From Gammaproteobacteria bacterium (GTDB lineage Bacteria > Pseudomonadota > Gammaproteobacteria > Steroidobacterales > UBA11654), in contig PBDY01000008.1 of assembly GCA_002717445.1 (NCBI GenBank), forward strand, positions 21,496 to 85,495: a stretch of 64,000 bases of DNA. Direction: 5' to 3'. Below, one piece after another: positions 57,138-64,000 of this stretch. The notes under the pieces were generated by a model. It had not been told where the DNA came from. It made no database searches and worked only from the letters and a program-made list of their open reading frames with translations. Every line of letters begins with the position of its first letter. Positions within the stretch are counted from its first letter, which is position 1. A program made the translations under genes and the position numbers.

Positions 57138-60100
57138 ATGTGGTCTTTTGAGTAAGACTTAATTTCATCTTCAAATTATATTTACCCTCACGAATATCAT
57201 TCACAAAACAAATCAGGGCAGGCACAAAAACCAATACAAGATAAGGCACAAAGATCATTCCAAAAATAAATGTAATCGCGAGTGGTTGTATTAGTCTTGC
57301 TTGAAGGCTTCCCTCAAAAAGCACTGGTGTCAATCCTACAATTGTAGTGATAGTAGTCAGCAAGACTGGTCTGAATCTTTCTCGGACACCTTCATTGATG
57401 GCGCGAAGAAGAGTATATCCATCGCCTTGGAGTTCCTTTATTGTTCTTACTAAGATAATTGAATCATTAACCAAAACTCCTGTGAGGCCAAAAAAGGCCA
57501 GAAGACTGAACATGCTTAAGTTAAAACCAAGCACCAGATGGCCCAAAATTGCTCCAATCAAACCAAATGGCACGACCGCCAAGATTAAAAAAGGCGTTGT
57601 ATAACTGGAGAAAACCCAGGCAAGAATGATAAATATTGATGCAAAAGTAATAATGAAAGCTAACCTCAATCCAGAGAATGCTTCCTGTTGCTCTAATGCT
57701 TTGCCGTCATACATCAAACGAACACCAAAATCTCTTTCAATTTTGGGTTGAATATCTGCACGAACAGCGTCCAGAACAATGCTTGTGGTTGTGATTGTAG
57801 GGTCAACATCTCCTGTGATTGCAACCTGTCGCACTCCGTCTTTTTTCCGAATCTTTGTAAAGCCAAGCCTTTTCTTTAGGCTAACAACTTCTGATAAAAC
57901 AAAACTTCCTCCATCTGGAGAAGTGAGATAAATGTCTCTTATCGTTTGATTTTCTGTTTCGTCTTTGGGCAGTTTTACCCTTACGATGACCTCTTCTGCA
58001 TCCTGCGAAAAACGCTTTGCCACCGAGCCTGAAAATGAATTTCTGACTTGTCTTGCCACTTCTTCGGCAGTGAACCCAATGGCCTCTCCTTCTGGCTTAA
58101 TTTCCAAAAGTATTTCTTCTTTGCCATAAGGCAAATCATCTTCTACTGCCAATAGTCCAGGGAGAACTCTCATCTCATTCCTGAGGACTAGAGCTGCCTT
58201 TTTCATTGTAGATAGATTGTTCCCCACAATACGTATATCAATGTCTCTTCCTGGAGGGCCCCCAACAGCGCCTTCAAATATCACAAAGTTCTCAATGCCA
58301 GACATTAGTCGAATTTCAGCCTTCCAAGCTTCAATGAATTCTTGGTTTCTTATGAGCCTTACATCGCCAGAAACAAGTTCAGCCACGAATGATCCAATAT
58401 GTGCGCCCGATACGTCATTAGAAGAGGATCCTTTTCCTGAGTAACTGACCCCGATGTTGCCAACACCATATTTTACTATGCTCCCTTTGTCGCCACCTAG
58501 TTTTTTTTCAGTCTCAAAAAGTGCCCTGGCCAGTTCATTAACCATGCTCTCTGTTTTTTTCTCTGGTGTGCCAGGAGATAATGAGAAATTCGCAAGCAAA
58601 ATATCACCTTCAGGCGTATCAAAAAATTCAAATTTAACTCTGCCTGTAGATAGAAGTGTTATTGATACTAGCAACATGCAAATCGTTGCCGTGAGAGTAA
58701 AGCCCTTCTTTGTGTGTGTTTTTTCAATGATGGGAAGAACTTTTTCATCCCTAAATCGATTGAAAATTAAATCAAACTTTCTGGGTTTTTTATTCTCTTC
58801 TTCTGAAACTTTCTTGAGCGATGACCTTAAATGATGCGGAAGAATCAAAAAGCACTCTATCAGGCTTGCAATAATGACTAACGAGAGCGTTATTGGAACC
58901 GCGGATATAATGTTTCCAACATCATTTTGAATAAGCAAGACCGGCAGAAAAGCCGCGACCGTTGTGAGCATGGCTGCAAGAACAGGCGGGAACATTCTTT
59001 GCGCTCCAAGCCTGGCAGCTTCTTTATAATTCATGCCCCTTCGATGAAGTGTTGTTGTATGCTCCGAGACAACAATAGCATCATCCACCACAATGCCAAT
59101 ACCCATGATCAGAGCAAACATGCTAATCATATCAAGTGAAAGCCCCATTTGACTCATGGCTCCTAAAGCAGCCATAAAAGCGACCGGGATACCGACAGCG
59201 ACCCAAAGCGCTACTCTCCCATTGAGAAAAACAAATAGCACCAGGAGTACCAAAATAAGTCCGGTTCCGCCGTTTTCAAGAAGCATATTGATTCTTTGTT
59301 TCACAGCATCTGCAAAGACATCATAAACAACCACATCAAGTGATCCGGGATAACTGCCTGAAATTTTTTCCATGTATTTCTCAACCGTTTGTTGAGAAAT
59401 GAGTGAGTCTGCACCTCTTGTCCTATAGACCACAAGTCCAATAGATGGGCCATCAGTGTTTACCCGGTAGCTAGAATTCTCTCTGAATGTTTCATAAACA
59501 TTTGCAACATCACTGAGATAGACTTTTTCTCCGGACAGTTTTGAGACGATTTCAATCTCTCTCAACTCATTTGGATTTCTAGCCAACTGATCGCTTCTGA
59601 TCTGTCTTGATATGCCTCCGCTGTTAATGCTGCCGGACGGAATATCAATGCTTGAAGATGAAAGCCTTGATGAGACTTGACCGAGAGTAAGGTCTAGCTC
59701 CCTTAAATTATCCGATGGAATCTCTACCCATATCTCACTATCTCTAGCGCCTTCAAATTCGACATTCGCAAGTCCAAGGCTGATTAGGTCACTTCTAATC
59801 TGCTTTGCAAAATATTTCAGTGTTTTTTCTGAAAAAGGACCAGAAATATCAATTCTACAAACCTCGTCTCTTTGTAAGACCTGAGTGATGATTGGTTTTT
59901 CTATATCTTTTGGGAATGTTGTAATTCTTGACACAGAAGATTGAACATCGGTCAGAGCTTTGCTCATGCTGACAGACTCTTTGAATGAAATATACATCGA
60001 AGCCCTTCCTTCAAATGCCGTCGAATTGACTTCTTTAACTCCATTGATAAAGCGAACCTCAGGCTCAATGGCATTGATGACATTGCTTTCAATATCCTCA

Positions 60101-60333
60101 GCACTTGCGCCCTGCCACTCCACAAGAACGCTGATGAGCTCAAGGCCAAAATCAGGCATGAGTTGTCTTTTGAGTTGTGTGAGTCCAAATGCACCATAGA
60201 GAATGAGTATGGCCATTAGTAAATTGGCCGCAACTTTGTGGCGGCCAAAGAAGGAAATAATGCCTCTGTCTGGAGACATGGTATCTCTTGGGTTAATGGG
60301 TCTATTCTTTTGACTATAATTCTTAAAAACCAT
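57136..60333 (-). CDS. RND-family efflux transporter (AcrB/HAE-type inner-membrane pump)
   Basis: 1065 aa with 12-TM topology, two large periplasmic loops and typical RND TM4/TM10 regions (ALIMGIGIVVDDAIVV, GLTGVLVNDSIILV). Confidence 0.9.
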   Translation of the reverse strand: MVFKNYSQKNRPINPRDTMSPDRGIISFFGRHKVAANLLMAILILYGAFGLTQLKRQLMPDFGLELISVLVEWQGASAEDIESNVINAIEPEVRFINGVKEVNSTAFEGRASMYISFKESVSMSKALTDVQSSVSRITTFPKDIEKPIITQVLQRDEVCRIDISGPFSEKTLKYFAKQIRSDLISLGLANVEFEGARDSEIWVEIPSDNLRELDLTLGQVSSRLSSSSIDIPSGSINSGGISRQIRSDQLARNPNELREIEIVSKLSGEKVYLSDVANVYETFRENSSYRVNTDGPSIGLVVYRTRGADSLISQQTVEKYMEKISGSYPGSLDVVVYDVFADAVKQRINMLLENGGTGLILVLLVLFVFLNGRVALWVAVGIPVAFMAALGAMSQMGLSLDMISMFALIMGIGIVVDDAIVVSEHTTTLHRRGMNYKEAARLGAQRMFPPVLAAMLTTVAAFLPVLLIQNDVGNIISAVPITLSLVIIASLIECFLILPHHLRSSLKKVSEEENKKPRKFDLIFNRFRDEKVLPIIEKTHTKKGFTLTATICMLLVSITLLSTGRVKFEFFDTPEGDILLANFSLSPGTPEKKTESMVNELARALFETEKKLGGDKGSIVKYGVGNIGVSYSGKGSSSNDVSGAHIGSFVAELVSGDVRLIRNQEFIEAWKAEIRLMSGIENFVIFEGAVGGPPGRDIDIRIVGNNLSTMKKAALVLRNEMRVLPGLLAVEDDLPYGKEEILLEIKPEGEAIGFTAEEVARQVRNSFSGSVAKRFSQDAEEVIVRVKLPKDETENQTIRDIYLTSPDGGSFVLSEVVSLKKRLGFTKIRKKDGVRQVAITGDVDPTITTTSIVLDAVRADIQPKIERDFGVRLMYDGKALEQQEAFSGLRLAFIITFASIFIILAWVFSSYTTPFLILAVVPFGLIGAILGHLVLGFNLSMFSLLAFFGLTGVLVNDSIILVRTIKELQGDGYTLLRAINEGVRERFRPVLLTTITTIVGLTPVLFEGSLQARLIQPLAITFIFGMIFVPYLVLVFVPALICFVNDIREGKYNLKMKLSLTQKTT

Positions 60334-61436
60334 TAGATAATATCCACTTTAACACCTTCGCCGGCTTCTCTAAGCTGGTTAGTTATAATCAAATCTCCAT
60401 CTTGGATAATGAGCTTATCCTTTGGCCTAATAAGAACGCTTGATTGGTCATATCCAGAAATCTCTATCATCGCCTTCCTAAGCCTTTGGTCTTTAATAAT
60501 ATAGACATATTGATCTTCATATACTGCCGTTTCAGGAATGCTGATGACTGATTTGTATGATTTATCAGGCATCCTTAAGCGTACGAATGCTCCAGGCCTT
60601 AAAGGAGTTTCTTGTTCTTTATCCAATTCAATATTTGCAAAAATATTTACTCCGCCTGTGTTTGATGTTATTTCTGCGCCAACCCTGGAAATAGAAGCAT
60701 TAAAGACCAAATCCTTTTGTCCAACGGTCCATCTCATTTCAATGGCTCTTCCCAAGATTTGGCTCTCATCTTCTAGAAGTCTTCCATATTGAGCCTTGGA
60801 TATAGAAAAACGAACTTCCATATTTTTGATGTCAATGATTTCTCCAATCTTGTCATTGAAAGTGCTTACTTGTTTTCCAAGCGTCGCCTGAACATCATTT
60901 ATTACACCGTCAAATGGAGCAAAAAGGTCTGCGTCTCTTAAGTCTTTCTCAGCTTCAGATAAAACAAGCTCCTGTTGTATTTTTTCCAGTAAGGCATTAT
61001 CTCTGAATTGCTCAGATATTGATCCCTGCTTAAATAACTCATCTGCCCGCTCAAAGTCTCTGTTCATCACCTCTAATTTAGCTGTTTCTTCAGTGACTGA
61101 ATTCTTGTATTCAAAATTGTCAACCCTCAGGAGTAATTCACCTTTTTTGACAACCGCTCCTTCTTTAAAATTTTCTCCAACTTGGATCACCTGCCCTCCT
61201 ACGCGCGCTCTAAGCTCACTTCTCCTGGATGTAATCACTTCTCCAAATAGTGAGACTATGGGCTGGACATCGCCATACTGAACCTCAACAACCGATACAG
61301 GCCATGATTTTTCTTGGATCACAAGCACCTCTGGGTCATCCTTTGTGGCCCTTAGAAGCAATATGACCAGGAATGTTCCCGCAAGCAGAAGCACTGTGGG
61401 ATTGACCCTCTTGATTTTATCTATATATTCTTTCAT
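60333..61436 (-). CDS. RND-associated periplasmic adaptor (MFP/HlyD family)
   Basis: Has a membrane anchor, lipoyl-like hairpin (GGQVIQVGENFKEGAVVKKGELLLRV), coiled coil and beta-barrel. Start set at ATG 61436 (MKEYIDK...); the track ORF extends to 61475. 1-nt overlap with the pump gene. Confidence 0.8.
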   Translation of the reverse strand: MKEYIDKIKRVNPTVLLLAGTFLVILLLRATKDDPEVLVIQEKSWPVSVVEVQYGDVQPIVSLFGEVITSRRSELRARVGGQVIQVGENFKEGAVVKKGELLLRVDNFEYKNSVTEETAKLEVMNRDFERADELFKQGSISEQFRDNALLEKIQQELVLSEAEKDLRDADLFAPFDGVINDVQATLGKQVSTFNDKIGEIIDIKNMEVRFSISKAQYGRLLEDESQILGRAIEMRWTVGQKDLVFNASISRVGAEITSNTGGVNIFANIELDKEQETPLRPGAFVRLRMPDKSYKSVISIPETAVYEDQYVYIIKDQRLRKAMIEISGYDQSSVLIRPKDKLIIQDGDLIITNQLREAGEGVKVDII

Positions 61437-61562
61437 GTGTCGACTCAGGCATGGATTTCGTAGATAAAAACCCATTGGATTCTTTTAACAATTATTCTAT
61501 TGCTCGAATGCTAATGTAATTAGTGCCTTTGGCGGATAGACGTTACAAAAAGTTACACCGAA

Positions 61563-61970
61563 TCATCGTGGCATAATCATGAATTTTGCATGGCACTCGG
61601 CGATGACTTTTTCTTCTTTTTTCGTTTTCATAAGACCGTACATCATGGCCATTCTTGATTTAGTTTTTAAATGATGCCCCTCAAGTAAAACCGTTTCCCC
61701 TGTTTGCAGTGAATTTTTATAACGAAGATCACATTTGGCAGTCTGGGCAGGCAAATCTTTTAAAAATAGCCAATTAGCCATGACATCGTCTAACAAGCTA
61801 AAAATAATCCCCCCGTGTGTGGTATTTTGAAAGCCTACATGATGATCCTCAGGCGTAAACTCAGCCATGCAGACATCGTCGTCATTGATTGAAAAAGTGA
61901 TTTTGAGACCTGATGAATTATTGGGTCCACACACAAAACAATTATTATCGCTGAAATCAATCTCGCTCAT
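61563..61970 (-). CDS. Hotdog-fold (PaaI-like) thioesterase
   Basis: 135 aa with the CFVCGPNN motif and the HGGIIFSLLDD block typical of PaaI/4HBT-type thioesterases. Confidence 0.65.
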   Translation of the reverse strand: MSEIDFSDNNCFVCGPNNSSGLKITFSINDDDVCMAEFTPEDHHVGFQNTTHGGIIFSLLDDVMANWLFLKDLPAQTAKCDLRYKNSLQTGETVLLEGHHLKTKSRMAMMYGLMKTKKEEKVIAECHAKFMIMPR

Positions 61971-61996
61971 GGCGGATATTGTAAATAGATCGATAT

Positions 61997-62632
61997 TTAT
62001 TTATAGAAGATTCTAAAAATTCTTTTAAACCATTCTTTTCGTCTTTTGCAGACAAGGCAAAATATTAATGATGCAAACCCAGCAAGAATACCATCCATGC
62101 CGGCTGCATTTGCCAATGCTTCAACGTTTTTTCTTACCGGCTGAATCCACGAGATGGATTTGCTGCTATTGAGTTGATTTTCAAGATTATTAATTTTTTG
62201 ACGCTCTGAATTAATCGATGCCTCGAGTGCCTCAATACGCTCAACAAAACTTTTTTTCTCAGACTCTTCTTTCTCAAGATTAATTGCTGCAGAGTCAATT
62301 TGGCTAAGTAAAGCCTGAAGTTCAGCTGAGTCTAGGGTTGGGTCAAGACCAGACAGTCTTTGATTGAATTCACTAATAGAGGCCTGAATGGTGGAAGCCA
62401 TCGCCTCGTTTTCTGATAAAGCATTTCTCGCATCCCTTAATTCTGATTGACTGATGGATGCCCTCTCTCTAGATCTTTCCAATGGATCAATGGAGATTTC
62501 TTTTGGTGTGATGAATGCCAAAAAGGTAAAAATTGACGCAAACAGGATCGTTAGATCTGTGACCTTGGTCAGGATATCTTTAAATGAATTGAGCATATCT
62601 GTTATTTGAGAAGAAAAAGGGCTCTTTTGCAA
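61997..62632 (-). CDS. Hypothetical coiled-coil protein with N- and C-terminal TM segments
   Basis: Has TM1 (LTILFASIFTFLAFI), about 120 aa of heptad-like Q/E/S/L-rich sequence, TM2 (GILAGFASLIFCLV) and a basic tail (KRRKEWFKRIFRIFYK). The TTG start at 62632 lies inside the terminator loop. ATG 62596 is an alternative. No clear SD for either. Confidence 0.4.
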   Translation of the reverse strand: MQKSPFSSQITDMLNSFKDILTKVTDLTILFASIFTFLAFITPKEISIDPLERSRERASISQSELRDARNALSENEAMASTIQASISEFNQRLSGLDPTLDSAELQALLSQIDSAAINLEKEESEKKSFVERIEALEASINSERQKINNLENQLNSSKSISWIQPVRKNVEALANAAGMDGILAGFASLIFCLVCKRRKEWFKRIFRIFYK

Positions 62633-62642
62633 GAGCCCTTTT
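62615..62642. terminator. Strong hairpin / intrinsic terminator (works in either orientation)
   Basis: A perfect 12-bp stem AAAAGGGCTCTT / AAGAGCCCTTTT with loop TTGC. On the minus strand it runs into TTTTTCTTCT and lies 45 nt downstream of the 73-aa gene's stop. The plus strand also has a T-rich tail. Confidence 0.65.
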
Positions 62643-62687
62643 CTTTTGCTTTTAAATTTTTAAAAACTTAAAAGGCTTGCTTCTCAT

Positions 62688-62909
62688 TTACATACCGCGT
62701 GAGCCGTACATTCCTGAGAGTATAGCTAGAACGATGATACCTACTACACCGTTAGAACCCAGCGTATTGATCAAATCGATCAAATTGCCAAGTACAGCGC
62801 CGACAAATGGTACGTCCATACCAAATACAACGCCTGCAGCAACACCAAGTGCTACTAGTGCAACAGCGATTTCAGTTAGTTCTGCTATCCATCCTTTGAT
62901 TTTATTCAT
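62688..62909 (-). CDS. Hypothetical 73-aa Gly/Ala/Val-rich membrane protein
   Basis: A strong SD (GGGGAGG) lies 8 nt upstream of the ATG. There are two hydrophobic segments (EIAVALVALGVAAGVVFG and GVVGIIVLAILSG) flanking an amphipathic VLGNLIDLINTLG. A terminator hairpin follows. No family recognised. Confidence 0.55.
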   Translation of the reverse strand: MNKIKGWIAELTEIAVALVALGVAAGVVFGMDVPFVGAVLGNLIDLINTLGSNGVVGIIVLAILSGMYGSRGM

Positions 62910-62982
62910 GATAAAATCCTCCCCTAATTAAGGTTTAATTTAATTAATGTTCCTATATCAAACGACATGTTTAATAAAGAAC

Positions 62983-63029
62983 AATTCCATGTAGTCAGAA
63001 TTGTTGAAATAGGTCAAAAATTCCATGTA
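62983..63029. repeat. Two copies of an 11-mer direct repeat (AATTCCATGTA), 36 bp apart
   Basis: Read directly: copies at 62983-62993 and 63019-63029. The first is embedded in the inverted repeat ACAATTC(N11)GAATTGT. They lie 74-120 nt upstream of the 73-aa gene. Confidence 0.55.
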
Positions 63030-63265
63030 TTTTGTTTTTTTACAACATATTGAACTGCTGTCAGATCAGTTACCCCCTATGGGATGCAGCAAATTATCAA
63101 AAACCTGATTTAAGTTATGAAAATTAATATCAGTCATAAGTATATGAATAATATATATATTTTATTTTATTTTGAAAAAATATTTAAATCTGTGCAGTTA
63201 AAAGCTTTATTTGCGTATTTTAGACCGATTCTAAAATAGATATTATGTGTTCGAGCTGGTATTTT

Positions 63266-63341
<76 letters not shown>

Positions 63342-63387
63342 CACGGTTCGCATATTCTATAGAAAAATAACAAAATTTGTGAAGAAA

Positions 63388-63660
63388 TTATTCTGTCAAT
63401 GGGATGTATTCCTTTGGCCTTTCTGACCCTCCTTCAAATAAAAATTTAATCATTTCATTTTGAAGATATGCTCTTGCTGAAGGATCAACCATTGATAATC
63501 TATTTTCATTAATCAACATGGTTTGATGTTCTAGCCATAAATCCCATGCCTCTTTTGAGATATTCAGATAAACCCTTTCGCCAAGACTCCCTGGATATGG
63601 AGGTCTTTCCATTTGATCCAATTCTCTTTTATAGTATTTACAAAATATTTTTTTACTCAT
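63388..63660 (-). CDS. yggX: Fe(2+)-trafficking / oxidative-damage protection protein
   Basis: Start set at ATG 63660 (MSKKIFCKYYKRELDQMERPPYPG...), giving a 90-aa protein collinear with E. coli YggX. It lies immediately downstream of mutY, as in enterobacteria. Confidence 0.9.
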   Translation of the reverse strand: MSKKIFCKYYKRELDQMERPPYPGSLGERVYLNISKEAWDLWLEHQTMLINENRLSMVDPSARAYLQNEMIKFLFEGGSERPKEYIPLTE

Positions 63661-63667
63661 GTGCAAA

Positions 63668-64000
63668 TTATAATTCATCGATAATTTTTTTGACTGCTTT
63701 TGAGATGCCCAATGATTTAATTTTTTGTCGCTTTATGAAGATCATGTCCTTACTAATTGTATCCGTTTTATAATCATTCACATCGACGATAATGGGATTA
63801 ATTTTTATATCAATGTGCGAGAGCGAATGAATAAATGGATCCATATAACTAAGCTCATACGAGTTACTTACTCCAATATATGAATTAATCCAGGGGCGTA
63901 CCTTTTCATTAATCTCCAAAGTTGGAAAAGACCATAAGCCGGGCCAAATACCATTTGAGTCTCTGCGCTCCAATAAAAAATCTTCTCCAGATCTAATCAC
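63668..64000 (-). CDS. mutY: A/G-specific adenine DNA glycosylase, C-terminal NUDIX-like domain (5' part outside window)
   Basis: The frame is open to the window edge. The MutY C-terminal block LLERRDSNGIWPGLWSFP is present. Conserved mutY-yggX adjacency. Confidence 0.8.
   Translation of the reverse strand: MIRSGEDFLLERRDSNGIWPGLWSFPTLEINEKVRPWINSYIGVSNSYELSYMDPFIHSLSHIDIKINPIIVDVNDYKTDTISKDMIFIKRQKIKSLGISKAVKKIIDEL

Noticed and set aside
61997-62909. Holin/spanin-like lysis cassette, or a bacteriocin precursor, as a reading of the 73-aa and coiled-coil proteins.
   Set aside because: There is no endolysin, phage gene, double-glycine leader, immunity gene or dedicated exporter nearby. The 73-mer lacks the charged C-terminal tail typical of holins. 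It is kept only as an unassigned pair in the findings.
63117-63236. A 39-codon ORF (MKINISHKYMNNIYILFYFEK...) in the AT-rich spacer next to tRNA-Phe.
   Set aside because: It has no SD and an extreme AT-driven composition (Ile/Asn/Lys/Tyr/Phe). It overlaps the hairpin just 3' of the tRNA. It is most likely a chance ORF in AT-rich DNA.
57136-63265. Genomic island integrated at the 3' end of tRNA-Phe (RND pump, thioesterase, small membrane proteins).
   Set aside because: No integrase, transposase or phage genes are present. Scanning by eye, I found no second copy of the tRNA 3' segment such as GGTTCGATTCCACC to mark an att site. Composition looks like the rest of the window apart from the intergenic spacer. 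A computational repeat search would be needed to exclude a short att scar.

Overview
AT-rich, very tightly packed chromosomal segment (many 1-, 4- and 8-nt gene overlaps, few intergenic gaps over 150 nt). Gammaproteobacterial synteny markers are present: surA-pdxA-rsmA-apaH at the left edge, lgt-thyA, and mutY-yggX beside a tRNA-Phe at the right edge. I support about 62 CDS, one tRNA, two strong intrinsic terminators and a few short repeats or palindromes. I saw no rRNA, CRISPR array, transposase, integrase, phage structural genes or recognisable defence genes. Content is mostly housekeeping, envelope maintenance (lgt, PBP4, M48 and rhomboid proteases, MsrA/MsrPQ) and nutrient scavenging (TonB-dependent receptor, hydrolases, peptidases, MFS, RND and ABC transporters). 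No clearly new system is evident, so the following are ranked candidates only. (1) A nine-gene co-directional array joins an RND efflux pair to a gamma-glutamyl polyamine catabolic set, an orphan PotF binding protein, a secreted amidohydrolase and a Tat-signal SpdH-like flavoprotein. (2) A 2-oxoacid:ferredoxin oxidoreductase (korAB-like) is translationally coupled to a GltD-like flavoprotein fused to a 2x[4Fe-4S] ferredoxin. (3) Next to tRNA-Phe, a strongly Shine-Dalgarno-led 73-aa glycine-rich membrane protein is followed by a 12-bp hairpin and a coiled-coil double-anchored protein. (4) A secreted His/Cys-rich small protein lies directly upstream of an ECF sigma/anti-sigma pair. (5) An MFS-TauD-Tat-amidohydrolase cluster has an unknown substrate. 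All functional calls come from motif recognition by eye, without database searches.
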